In this document: positions 39,895 to 52,590 of the stretch, one piece after another | Position numbering within the stretch: the stretch's first letter is position 1 | Layout of the letters: every line of letters starts with the position of its first letter | Assembly: GCA_951406725.2 (NCBI GenBank) | Contig: OX597839.1 | Location: 22,692,001-22,756,000, forward strand | Length of the DNA stretch: 64,000 bases | From: Octopus vulgaris | Taxonomy: Eukaryota | Direction: 5' to 3' | Program-made: the position numbers and the translations under genes | The notes under the pieces: generated by a model | Told to the model about the DNA's origin: nothing | What the model saw: the letters and a program-made list of their open reading frames with translations, nothing else | The model's database searches: none

Positions 39895-40277
39895 ATCATC
39901 ATCACCATCATCATCATCGTTTAGTGTCCGCTTTCCATGCTGGCATGGGTTGGATGGTGCAACCGGGGTCTGGGAAGCCAGAAGGCTGCACCAGGCCCAG
40001 TCTGATCTGGCAATGTTTCTACGGCTGGATGCCCTTCCTAACGCCAACCACTCCATGAGTGTAGTGGGTGCTTTTTACGTGCCGCCGGCACAGGTGCCAG
40101 ATGAGGCTGTTTATGTCCCCGTTACTTAGCGGTTCGGCAAAAGAGACCGATAGAATAAGTACTGGGCTTACAAAAGAATAAGTCCCGGGGTCAAGTTGCT
40201 CGATTAAAGGCGGTGCTCCAGCATGGCCGCAGTCAAATGACTGAAACAAGTAAAAGAGTAAAAGAGAGAGTAAAGAG
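39895..40277. mobile_element. Family C (minus, 39895-40107) fused directly to a family A 3' half (plus, 40108-40277)
   Basis: The junction reads ccagatgaggct|gtttatgtccccgttacttagcgg. Confidence 0.85.
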
Positions 40278-40819
40278 TATATATAATATATATATATAGT
40301 TTTTTTTCCGGTCATGTAGTGACCCATGTTTTACTCTGGACTGGTGGCATTAAGTGGGGTTGAACCCTCAAATGCTGTCGTTGGAAAGCAGATTTCCTAA
40401 CTCCACAGCTACGACAGTGAAGCATGATGTCACAGTCAACCTCTGATGTTATTTCTCTAAAAATACACACATAGCATTTGATAAGTGCTGTGGCCTATAG
40501 CTGAAGGCCCTTGAGTTACTGTAGCAAATCTGCTAATGAAAACAAGTGTGTGCATGTATGGGGCGGGGGAGAGGGTGTGGGAGAGAAAAGGGCGGAGCAT
40601 CTAGTTCCACTTCCATGTGACATTTCTCTTTTTTGATCTCTGACAAATATTGTCACTTCTGATAAAAATGCCTGCAGAACCAAGGGTATTTACATGCGAA
40701 TGTGTGAGTGCGAGGCAGACTGGAAGCTCTGAGTGTGTGTGTGTTTGTGTACGTGGGACTGTAAGAATAATTGGGTTGTATGCATGCACGTGTGAGAGAA
40801 AGAGAGAGGAAGAGGGGAG

Positions 40820-40862
<43 letters not shown>

Positions 40863-41036
40863 TATGGAATATGTTGAGCAACAAAACTGACAAATAACAC
40901 ATAAATCAAAGTTCAAAAATTGTTTTGAGTTTTTCCCCAAGTTTGAAATTAGGTTTGATTATGTCGCCTCTCTCCCCACCCCATATATGCGTATGTGTAT
41001 ATATATATATACACACACACACAGAAATATATATTC

Positions 41037-41420
41037 TTTTTTCTTTTACTTGTTTCAGTCATTTGACTGCAGCCATGCTGGAGCACCGCCTTTAGTCGAG
41101 CAAATCGACCCCTGGACTTATTCTTTGTAAGCCTAGTATTTATTCTATTGGTCTCTTTTGCCAAACCACTAAGTTACGAGTACGTAAGCACACCAACATC
41201 GGTTGTCAAGCGATGATGGGGACAAACACAGACCACCCCCATATATATATATATATATATGGCGGGCTTCCTTCAGTTTCCACCTACCAAATCCACTCAC
41301 AAGGCTTTGGTTGGCCTGAGGCTATAGTAGAAAACACTTGCCCAACGTGCCATGCAGTGGGACTGAACCTAGAACCATGTGGTTGGGAAGCAAGCTTCTT
41401 ACCACTCAGCCATGCCTGTG
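41037..41420 (-). mobile_element. SINE family A
   Basis: Full-length diverged match. Confidence 0.9.
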
Positions 41421-41518
41421 ACTATATGTCAAGATTTTTATATGAGCTAAAACTGGGTGGGAGAGATACTTCTCAAAAGATGTTCAATACATACATACAT
41501 ATATATATATATATTTAT

Positions 41519-41685
41519 ACTTTATGAAAAGCAGCAGAAATATCACGTTCCTGTTCGTCCGACGAATGAGAACGTGAAACTCTGAGTAACAGCTTTTGTT
41601 ATATTTCTGCAGTTTTTAAATAAAGCATATTACTCTACCTCTGGTACTTGAGTACCCTTTCTTCCACCTTGTGCTTACTCCGCTA
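41519..41685. mobile_element. Second copy of the palindromic Penelope-like terminus with a hammerhead-like core
   Basis: aagcagcagaaatat..tcacgttcctgttcgtc|c|gacgaatgagaacgtgaaactctgagtaacag..aaataaagcatattactctacc; homologous to 11745-11967. Confidence 0.75.
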
Positions 41686-41977
41686 TATATATTTATAGAC
41701 ATATATATCATCATCATCCTCATCATCATTTAACATCCGTTGTCCATGCTGGCATCGGATGGACAGTTTGAACAGGGCTGGAGAGCCAGAAGACTGCACC
41801 AGACCCCAGTCAGTGTTGGCATAGTTTTCTGCGGCTGGGTGCCCTTCCTAACGCAAACCATTCTGAGAGTGTTGGCACAGGTGCCATATATATATATATA
41901 TGTATGTATATATGCATATATATAATCTTTTTTTTTTTTTTTTGATTTGAAAACCCCACTAGAATGGGAGAAAGTGC

Positions 41978-42348
41978 TAAGTAGCTTGCTAACAAACCAC
42001 ATGGTTCCGGGTTCAGTCCCACTGCGTGGCACCTTGGGCAAGTGTCTTCTGCTATAGCCCCGGGCCGACCAATGCCTTGTGAGTGAATTTGGTAGACGGA
42101 AACTGAAAGAAGCCTGTCGTATATATGTATATATATGTGTGTGTGTGTGTATGTGTTTGTGTGTCTGTGTTTGTCTCCCTAGCATTGCTTGACAAACGAT
42201 GCTGGTGTGTTTACGTCCCCGTCACTTAGCGGTTCGGCAAAAGAGACCGATAGAATAAGTCCTGGGGTCGATTTTCTCGACTAAAGGCGGTGCTCCAGCA
42301 TGGCCACAGTCAAATGACTGAAACAAGTAAAAGAGTAAAAAAGAGTAA
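41978..42348 (+). mobile_element. SINE family A lacking its first ~20 nt and with an internal deletion
   Basis: taagtagcttgc...gaataagt|cctggggtcg (one gaataagt unit lost)...gtaaaagag. Confidence 0.9.
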
Positions 42349-42959
42349 ATATATATGTAAAAAATGTAATATATAAATAAATATCTGTAAATATAAACCA
42401 TCCGATCTTCTGAGTACCTCATTTCTTCTAATATATAATCATATATATATATATATATATATATATACACTTATATACATTATATATGTATAAATATATG
42501 TTTATACACAAGTACACACACACATAATATATATTTCATATATCTACATATGTACATTATAAATATATATTTATACACATGTATACACACACACATACAC
42601 ATACATACATACACAATGTATATATATGCATGTGTGTGTGTGTGTGTGCATGCATGCGTGCTGAGACTGCTGCATGCTATTTCTCGTAATGCTGGTTGTC
42701 TGTTTGCGTGTGGCATCCTTCTACAGTAATCGACTGAGAGATAATTAGCTTATTTGATGTTCTCCAAGTATTTATCGGTGGCGTCGACTACGGCGGCAAC
42801 GACAACGTCAGTAGGTTTCTTCATTTGGTGCTACTTTTAGCCCATTTTTTCGTTTGATCCTGGGTTTTCTAGGTGGTTGACGACGAAACGGGCGAGGGAG
42901 AAATGAAAAAAAGGAAAAAGAAAAAGCCGGAAAAAAATAGTAGTGAAAATTAAACTATA

Positions 42960-43380
42960 GGCGTGGCTGTGTGGTAAGTAGCTTGCTAACCAACCACATG
43001 GTTCCGGGTTCAGTCCCACTGCGCGGAACTTTGGGCAAGTGTCTTCTGCGATAGCCTCGGGCCGACCAATGCCTTGTGAGTGGATTTGGTAGACGGAAAC
43101 TGAAAGAAGCCTGTTGGATATATGTATATGTATATATATATATATATGTATGTGTGTGTTTGTGTGTTTGTGTGTCTGTGTTTGTCCCCCTAGCATTGCT
43201 TGACAACCAATGCTGGTGTGTTTATGTCCAGGTCACTTAGTGGTTTGGCAAAAGAGAGCGATAGAATAAGTACTGGGCTTACAAAGAATAAGTCCCAGGG
43301 TCGATTTGCTCGACTAAAGGCAGTGCTCCAGCATGGCCGCAGTCAAATGACTGAAACAAGTAAAAAGAGTAAAAAGAGAA
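42960..43380 (+). mobile_element. SINE family A
   Basis: Full match. Confidence 0.92.
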
Positions 43381-44022
43381 AAAGATTATGTCTGGAGTGT
43401 GTGTGAGTGTGTGTGTGTGTGTGTGTGTTTTGTCAGGTGCAGTGATGATGATGGTGGCGGTAACAGGAGGGGGCAAAGGGAGGAGAGGAGGAGGAGGGTG
43501 GTTGTAGGTAGGTACAACAAAAAAAAAAATTATAAAAACACCTAAAAAAATGTCTGGCTATGAGAAAAAAATCAAAAAAAAATCCAAATTACAAAATAAA
43601 ACTAAACAAAACAGCAAATTTGCCCATTTTTCTGTGTGATATTATTGTAGTCTAAATAAGTTTGTTGAGCTGGAAGACAAGTCTGCCAGACAGCAGCATG
43701 TTCTTCTTCTCCTTCTTCTTCTTCTTCTTCTTGTTGATGCAGTTGTTGTTGTTGTTAACACTAGCGTAGATGTGTTTTTTTTTTTTTTAAGTGGGTAACT
43801 GGGGGAAAGACACCATCAGTTTTGCTGATACCCGCAATAATCAGAAGAGTACATGTAAAAATTTGGGGGTGGTGCTGGTGGGTGACGGTCGGTGCTGTTG
43901 TTGTTGTTGTTGTTGTTGTAGGTGGTGGTGTTACCACCCCCCACCCCCGACCCGCGACCTCCCCACTCGTCGTGTAATACTTCAAGTTGGTTCAGTGGTC
44001 TTTCTGGAATATTTTTACATCA

Positions 44023-44345
44023 CACCGGTGCCATCTCCTCCTCCCCCCACCGGTGCCATCTCCTCCTCCCCCACTGGTGCCATCTCCTCCTCCCCCCACC
44101 GGTGCCATCTCCCCCCCCCCCACCGGTGCCATCTCCTCCTCCCCCACCGGTGCCATCTCCACCTCCCCCCACCGGTGCCATCTCCTCCTCCCCCACCGGT
44201 GCCATCTCCACCTCCCCCCACCGGTGCCATCTCCTCCTCCCCCACCGGTGCCATCTCCTCCTCCCCCACCGGTGCCATCTCCACCTCCCCCCACCGGTGC
44301 CATCTCCTCCTCCCCCACCGGTGCCATCTCCTCCTCCCCCACTGC
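44023..44345. repeat. GC-rich 24-25 bp minisatellite (caccggtgccatctcctcctcccc) x13
   Basis: Units start at 44023, 44048, 44072, 44097, 44121, 44145, 44170, 44194, 44219, 44243, 44267, 44292 and 44316. Confidence 0.97.
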
Positions 44346-44541
44346 CCCATGCACCTCTCCTCCTCACTTGAGTTAATTACAATAATTCTTCTCTCCATAC
44401 GTAACTACTACAACCCCCACCACCACCGCCACCACATACGTCATCGCTGTCATCATTGTCATCATCACCATCATCATTGTTGCGAACATGGTTGTTGTCA
44501 TTATCATCACTGTGGCCATCATCATCATTACTCTCATATTA

Positions 44542-44755
44542 AAGGCAGTGAACTGGCAGAATCGTTAGCACACCGGGCGAAATGCTTAGCAGTATTTTGT
44601 CAGCTGATACGTTTGAGTTCAAATTCCATTGAGGTCAACTTTACCTTTCATCCTTTCGGGGTTGATAAATTAAGTACCAGTGATATACTGGGCTTGATGT
44701 AATTGACTTAACCCCTTCCCACCAATTTCTAGGCCTTGTGCCTATAATAGAAAGG

Positions 44756-44757
<2 letters not shown>
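44542..44757 (+). mobile_element. SINE family B (tail type 2)
   Basis: ggcagtgaactggcagaatcgttagc...aggccttgtgcctataatagaaaggattatt. Confidence 0.88.
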
Positions 44758-44788
<31 letters not shown>

Positions 44789-45228
44789 GAGTGAGAGAGC
44801 AGTGCATGCCATCAAAGTGACACGGGTAAAATATACGAAGCCCAATATACCCATCATGACTACCCGTCTGATAAGGGTACACCAGGCACATGCATCACAA
44901 CCATATGTGCGCGACATGGTGATCTTATATGAAGATAAACAGCACATGACCTTGCAGGTGGAGCCCAGTTAGAATTTTCTTCTAGTTGAGTAGCCCATCC
45001 CGCTCAAAAGGTCCCTGAATAAGGGTTGTTTGAGGATGTTGAAAGAACCACCCATGTTTCCAGAGGTGAATTATTCAAACCCCAAAGAATCCCTCTCAAC
45101 ACATGGCTATGATGCTCCCCCACTACTTCTGCTCGTGATCAGAGATGCACATATCGTCAGCCACTGAGGGACATGCTCAACTGGTTAAGGTCAAACAACT
45201 GACAAGCAAATCTGTGGTATTGAGCAGA
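44789..45228 (-). mobile_element. Family D retroelement 3' region in (TTA)n
   Basis: The reverse complement aligns to 18549-19102, with the same 3' end and a 5' truncation. Confidence 0.87.
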
Positions 45229-45262
45229 TATTATTATTATTATTATTATTATTATTACTACT

Positions 45263-45463
45263 AGGTGGCAAACTGGCGGAATTGTTAACACACCGGGCGA
45301 AATGCTAACCAGTTTTTCATACTGCTTTACATTCTGAGTTCAGATTCTGCAGAGGTCATCTTTCCGGAGTCAATGAAATAAGTACCAGTTATGCACTGGG
45401 GTTGATGTAATTGATGAGCCCCCTCCCCCAAAATTTCAGGCCTTGTGCCTATAGAAGAAAGGA
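45263..45463 (+). mobile_element. SINE family B (tail type 2), diverged
   Basis: ggtggcaaaactggcggaattgttaac...aggccttgtgcctatagaagaaagga. Confidence 0.82.
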
Positions 45464-46029
45464 TTTCTATTCTTCTTCTTCTTATTATTATTATCTTCTT
45501 CTTATCATTATTATTATTATGATTATTATATTGCAGCTTGTAGTTGAAGCTTTTCAGTAAACTCATTATTGGTTTACAGGTTTTGGTAAGTGTGAGTAAA
45601 ACAAGGGAGTATCTATAACTCAATGCAGAACAAAAATCACAAGGGACTTCATTGGAAAGGCACTGATTCTTTGGTTTGCTCAGTTACTTATACAAGAACA
45701 TTCATGCCAAGGCATTTTGTCTGTTTCCTCCAAAGTTTTCACAAGACCACCACCCTTGAATGGTAACTTCATTTGCCCACCCCAGAAGGACGAAAATCAA
45801 AGTCGACTGCATTGGGATTTGAACTCAAACAGAATATCAAAATATTCTTTCATCCTGCTCTCCACTGATTCAAACCAATTGCGGCTGGGCGCGGCCAGTT
45901 TGCGTAACCTCCAACACATACACACACACACAGGCAGAGACATATGCGCACGCGCGTACACAGCACTCACGCATACAGTCACACACATGGAAACACAGAC
46001 ATAAACACAAGCACACAAACACCCCCCAC

Positions 46030-46209
46030 ACACAAGCACAGATACACACACACACACACACACACACAGATACACACACACACACACACACAAACACACA
46101 CAGATACACACACACACACACACACACAAAAGGACAGATACATATATGCAAACACATACACAAAAGCAGATACACATACATACACACTCACACACACACA
46201 CACACAAAT

Positions 46210-46241
<32 letters not shown>

Positions 46242-46397
46242 AAAAGGACAGATACATATACGCAAACACATACACAAAAGCAGATACACACACATACATA
46301 CACACTCACACACACACACACACAAATACACACACACACACACACAAAAGGACAGATACATATATGCAAACACATACACAAAAGCAGATACACACAC

Positions 46398-46455
<58 letters not shown>

Positions 46456-46550
46456 AAAAGGACAGATACATATACGCAAACACATACACAAAAGCAGATA
46501 CACACACACACACATACACACTCACACACACACAAGCACAGATACACACT
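46030..46550. repeat. CA-embedded higher-order repeat of ~110-120 bp (aaaaggacagatacatata.gcaaacacatacacaaaagcagatac) x4
   Basis: The motif recurs at ~46128, 46242, 46346 and 46456. Confidence 0.9.
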
Positions 46551-46961
46551 TGCATGTTCCCCCCCCGCACACCACACCCACAATGCTGACATCCCAGAGC
46601 ATCGTTGCTTTTATCTCATGGCCAACATCTAGGTAGAGAACCTCGAATCTGAAACCAGAGTCAAACATCGACTCCTCCCTTTCGCAGTCTCAGATTCACT
46701 TCGTTGACAAGAGAAACAGAAGATTAGTCTATTCATTATGTCTATCTTACCACTCAATCTATTAACGATGTAGAATTAATTAAAGCCCAACCTATTGACT
46801 TCTTTTAATAGCTGAATCTATTAACTATGTATAGTTAATTATGGCTCAATCAGTCGTGTATGGTTGAATATAGAAATTGTGTGGATTTAATTAAAGCTAA
46901 GTCCATCAAATATGCATCGTTAATTAAAGCTGAATCTATTGACTGCGGAATAAACAGGGAA

Positions 46962-47385
46962 GCACAGGCGTGGCTGTGTGGTTAACAAGTTTATTTCCAA
47001 ACCATATGGCTCTGGGTTCAATCCCACTGCATGGCAATCTGGGCGTATCCTTCAGGCTAACCAAAGCCTTGTGGCTGGATTTGGACGGTGGAAACTGGAA
47101 GAATCCCAGTGTGTATGTTTGTGTGTATGGGTGTGTGTGTCCTTGTCTTTCCCAGTCTTGGCATCACGTGGTAGCTGTAGATGAGTGCCACTGTCATACA
47201 AGCGGTGTCTTTTATATGTAATCGTCTGTGAGAACATGTTTGGGCAAGGGGGAAATATTACCCTGCTTGAAAACAGATGAAGGTTGGCCTCAGGACGGGC
47301 ATCTGACCACAAAAAAATCTGACCTCTATAAACTTTGTCCAGTTCATGAAAGCATGAAAAAGTGGACATTTAAATGAAGATGATT
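46962..47385 (+). mobile_element. Older SINE with a family A-type head and a family C-type (GAT) tail
   Basis: ggcgtggctgtgtggtta...gggttcaatcccactgc head and aaggttggcctcaggacgggcatc...agtggacatttaaatgaagatg tail. Confidence 0.78.
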
Positions 47386-47786
47386 ATTTAAAGCTCAGCC
47401 TAATAACTGTAAATAGTGTGAACTCAAGTAATTGGCCAACACTCTGTGATTAACCACGATTGTGACCCCCAGATTTATTTCAACAGAACTTGAGCTGCGG
47501 TCACACGGCGGCGGCAGCAACAACAACAACAACATGTTTGTTTAAACTCAGTTTTTTATTGAGTTGAACTGTTTCTTAATGCTACTTTCTTCAAATAACA
47601 GAGAAATAAACAAATTAATAACCGGGGTCGTAGAAGCTACACATGTCAACATTTGATCTCAATAAACAAAGAGAAAACGTCGGATATATATCGGGATACA
47701 TCCGTGCATAAGAGAAGGAAAATTCGATTCAGTAAAGTTGAAGTAATTTCTCAAGGCTCATGAAGCGTCTGAATAAAAACGGAATA

Positions 47787-48180
47787 GGCGCAGGAGTGGC
47801 TGTGTGGTAAGTAGCTTGCTAACCAACCACATTGGCCCGGGTTCAGTCCCACTGCGTGGCATCTTGGGCAAGTGTCTTCTGCTATAGCCCCGGGCCGACC
47901 AATGCCTTGTGAGTGGATTTGGTAGACGGAAACTGAAAGAAGCCTGTCATATATATATATATGTATGCATGTGTGTATTTGTGTGTCTGTGTTTGTCCCC
48001 CTAGCATTGCTTGACAACTGATGCTGGTGTGTTTACGTCCCCGTCACTTAGCGGTTCGGCAAAAGAGACCGATAGAATAAGTACTGGGTTTACAAAGAAT
48101 AAGTCCCGGGGTCGATTTGCTCGACTAAAAGCGGTGCTCCAGCATGGCCGCAGTCAAATGACTGAAACAAGTAAAGAGAA
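47787..48180 (+). mobile_element. SINE family A, full-length young copy
   Basis: Full match. Confidence 0.94.
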
Positions 48181-48841
48181 AAATATTCCTTCTCTCTCTC
48201 TTTTCTTTTAAAAGAAAAGTGAGAGAGAGAAGGAATATTTTTCAGTCCCGGTTAAGCAGGGAACAACAAACACAACCCCTAACTATATCTCGTGGGTCCC
48301 ATCGATCTACTTTCATTATCGAATATTTTTGTTCTTGAAAAACGTAAACACCTTTATTTTGATCGTACACCTTCTTCTATGTACCTCACATAAATGTCTG
48401 ATTAACAATTAAAAGTTGATTTGTTTAATTACGTAAACAGATTATTTTAGGGGTGGAACAACAATAAGGATCGTGTTTTTAAACTATATTCATGCGATAA
48501 AGTTAGACATTTAGACATTCCTAAAACTCTGTATGAGCAAATGTATGTGTGGGGGTGGGGCTGCTGACAACAAAACAATTATATAGTTTGTAATTAATTA
48601 TAATCAATCTATATAATGAAAGTAAGTAATTAAGGTGTCAGGTAGTTTTTTTTCAATTCTTTCAATTTCCGAGTAATTTGAGACGCACATACCAAAAGTT
48701 ACCTCCCTTTACAGCTACTTTTATCTCTCCGCAGTTGTCACCCTTTGTACGGCGAAATGATTCCGAAGACGACTTTCATTCACAATTAGATTATTTTTTT
48801 CTTTCCTTGAACAGGATAATCTATCTTACGAGTCACTCTCA

Positions 48842-48877
<36 letters not shown>

Positions 48878-49092
48878 TACGTACATCCATCCAGCCACAT
48901 ATACACATATAGGTAAACACATCCAGATACAACACACACTCACATGGTGATTGCTCCACTTTCAGAGACGATTGCTCTCTCTCCTTGTGCTTCCACATTG
49001 TCAATGCCATTTCGGACTTTACATCCACCACCTTTTCACTCCCGTCGCAGACGATGTCCAGTAATTTCACCGTTTTGTTTTCAATGGATATA

Positions 49093-49751
49093 TTTTCTTA
49101 TTTCTTTATTGCCCACAAGGGGCTAAATATAGATGGGGACAAACAAGGACAGACAAAGGGATTAAGTCGATTAGATCGACCCCAGTGCGTAACTGGTACT
49201 TATTTAATCGACCCCGAAAGGATGAAAGGCAAAGTCGACCTTGGCGGAATTTGAACTCAGAACGTAACGGCAGACGAAATACCGCTAAGCATTTCGCCCG
49301 GCGTGCTAACGGTTCTTATTTCTTTACTGCTCACAAGGGGCTAACAGAGGGGACAAAGAAAGACAGACAAACGGATTAAACTGATTATATCGATCCTAGT
49401 GCGTAACTGATACTTATTTAATTGACCCCGAAAGGATGAAAGGCAAAGTCGACCTTGGCGGAATTTGAACTCAGAACGTAACGGCAGACGAAATACCGCT
49501 AAGCATTTCGCCCGGCGTGCTAACGGTTCTTATTTCTTTACTGTTCACAAGGGGACAAAGAAAGACAGACAAACGGATTAAACTGATTATATCGACCCTA
49601 GTGCGTAACTGGTACTTATTTAATCGATTCCGAAAGGATGAGAGGCAAAGTCGACCTCGGCGGAATTTGAACTCAGAACGTAACGGCAGACGAAATACTG
49701 CTAAGCATTTCGCCCGGCGTGCTAACGGTTCTGCCAGCTCGCCGCCGCCTT
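49093..49751 (-). mobile_element. Head-to-tail trimer of SINE family B flanked by one TSD
   Basis: Units are ~49097-49316, 49317-49530 and 49531-49749. The TSD atggatata lies at 49084-49092 and 49752-49760. Confidence 0.93.
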
Positions 49752-50161
49752 ATGGATATACTTTTTTGGTAAACTTTCCTCAGTGAATTGATGGCGGTGA
49801 ACTTACCTGTAATCGTTGCAGATCTCCATGTTTTGAAGCGCAGGTGACAAAGTTGGAACTTACTGAGTGGTTCCAACTGGTTACACCTGCACATGTCACC
49901 AGTCTTTCATCGTCGTAGGGTTTTCAGTAGATAGAATGAGAAATGATGTCACCCTAAAGAGAAATCGACTGTAAAGCCACCAGAGGTGATGGACCCCGAG
50001 CGCTGTTGTTCCAAAATCCTTCTAGGAAACTTGTGGTTTAATCTGATTTCGCTTTGGTCTGCCACAAACCACTGTTACAAATTACTGTCTCAGAGAATGG
50101 TTCTTGTGTTGTACAAACGGTTATCACTATAATCCAACGACGGACAAATTACTGTTTAGGA

Positions 50162-50672
50162 CTGGGGTGGGGAAACGTTTTAGAGCAGCAGGAAAAAATT
50201 TCCTAAGAAAATGGTCCGCGGGCGGATGACAGGTTCTAACTCTTATATCTGTGTAAATCTTGTATATATATCTATGTATAATTTGATATACATTAATAAA
50301 GATAAGCTTAACACATTAAATTAACGCACTGGATTTAGGACGTTTATATTACTTATGGGGTATTCTATATTTTTCATCTAGAGTGTAAATGGGTCTCAAG
50401 GGGGTGGCACAAACCTAGCAATACGTGTTCTGTAGTGAAAACAAAATTTCCATTCAAATGACAATTACTGGACGATTTTCTTTTCGAGTTTGACCGTTTT
50501 AAGTCGAAGTGGAAACGTGACCTATGCCGCAAATAGGTATACAAGTAATGTATAAATTTTATAACTGAAAAATTTACTATATTTTGTACACCCGAGTATA
50601 CTAGCCTGCGGGCGCAATAAAGTGGGCTCACAGGCGCAGTTGCGCCCACGGGCAGGGGTTTCTCCGCTCCTG
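50162..50672. mobile_element. hAT (Charlie/Buster-like) non-autonomous element
   Basis: Imperfect TIRs ctggggtggggaaac / gtttctccgctcctg; 8-bp TSD gtttagga (50154-50161) / gtttaggg (50673-50680); subterminal gcgggc motifs. Confidence 0.85.
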
Positions 50673-52194
50673 GTTTAGGGTGTCACACACACACACACTC
50701 GCGCACGCACACAGACACAAACATACATGTTTGTACACACACATACACACACGAAATGACTGCTGACTGTGTGATGACATGATGACAAAAACCACAGCTG
50801 ACAGTTTGCCAGGACAAAGATTCTGCCTCCCAGACACCAACACCGGTTCAAAGATAAACAGAAAACTGTGACTCCTCCTGTGCCCTCGTATGAAGGAACT
50901 ACAGAAATTGTGACATTATATCATACAGGTAAACCCTAACAACTGAAATGAAAGCTCCACTGGTTGTTTGTTGTTCCAACAAGTCTGGCATTTTATTTGC
51001 CCCACCCCCAAGAAAAAGGTAAAAGAGTGAATAAAAATACTTGTTCACCAAATTTTGTTGTGACAAATATTTGTATGCAATAAGAGTTTTTTTTTCTCTC
51101 CCTAAATGTCTGATGTTGTTAAACATAGAGGTTTCTCCTTTCAGGTGCAGGTGTCACATAAAAAAAGCACACCTGTTCAGGTGTTGTACAGACATACCTG
51201 TGTTGATGCAGTGTAAATGCACCTGTGTTGGAGGCAGGTAAAAAGCACCCAGAACACTCTGTAAAGTGATTGGCAATTAGGAAGGGCATCCAGCCATAGA
51301 AACGATGCCACGACAGACAACTGGAGTCTGGACAGCTCCCTGCTAGCCAGCATTGGAGAATAAAATTATTTCTGTATCTTATATATATATATATGTTCAC
51401 ACTTAGATATTAGATATCAGTGTAATATTGTCACACTTTGAACAATCTTTAGATATTCCACAATGATGAAACACAGCCAGAAGAGGAAATTGATGGAATA
51501 AAGGGAATATTAGTCAATAAAGAATTGAACATTGATGTAATTTGTTAGACGAAGTTGTAGAACAATGGAAGAGAGACAAAATTAAATATGATGGAAACTG
51601 CAGAACACACAATACAAACACACACACACACACACACACACGTGTGTGTATGGAGACACATTATCACATACACGAATTGCTCATAACGTGAAGTACGTGA
51701 ACTTAACGCACTCACCGAATCTTGAATATATGAATATATTCTCCTAAAACTCATCAAAAACAACATCTTTTGCAGCCAATCATAAATTTGTAATAACTCG
51801 GTAATGACTCAAGTGTCGTCGATATGAAGATAAAATATATTTATTAGTATTTTTCAGCTTATTTAATGGAGGAGGGGATGTCTGATGCACGCTCGTGTGT
51901 GTGTAAGGGGTATACATATTATATAGAGATGCAAAGGATATATACTATAAACACACCTATATGCACATATATATATATATGTATATACAAGTGTGTGTGT
52001 GCATATATATATAGAGAGAGCTAGATAGGTATGTTTGTAATAATGTAAGAGTTACATATCAAAAATATATTGTATCTGATGTAAACTCAATATTTTGGGG
52101 AGACTATTGATATATTTATATCAAAAGTTGACTGCTTACTCTTAGTTCCCCCTAGGACTAGGCAATTTAGATATATATATACATATATATTCAG

Positions 52195-52440
<246 letters not shown>

Positions 52441-52531
52441 AATAAATAAATAAGATAGTGGTACAACAATGCACCAGTATTTACTGGAAATAGCAGTCAA
52501 TAAAATATGACACTATAGTAAAGCTTCACTG

Positions 52532-52590
<59 letters not shown>

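Noticed and set aside
44023-44345. Palindrome-containing direct repeats resembling a CRISPR array
   Set aside because: There are no unique spacers (units are contiguous), no cas genes, and the context is eukaryotic; it is a minisatellite.
50374-50649. 91-aa ORF inside the hAT element as a transposase remnant
   Set aside because: No recognisable hAT motifs; treated as non-coding MITE interior.
51140-51355. Cluster of CAGGTG/CACCTG E-boxes as an enhancer
   Set aside because: It lies in the internally repeated 5' part of a diverged family C element (ggtg.cacataaaaagcac units).
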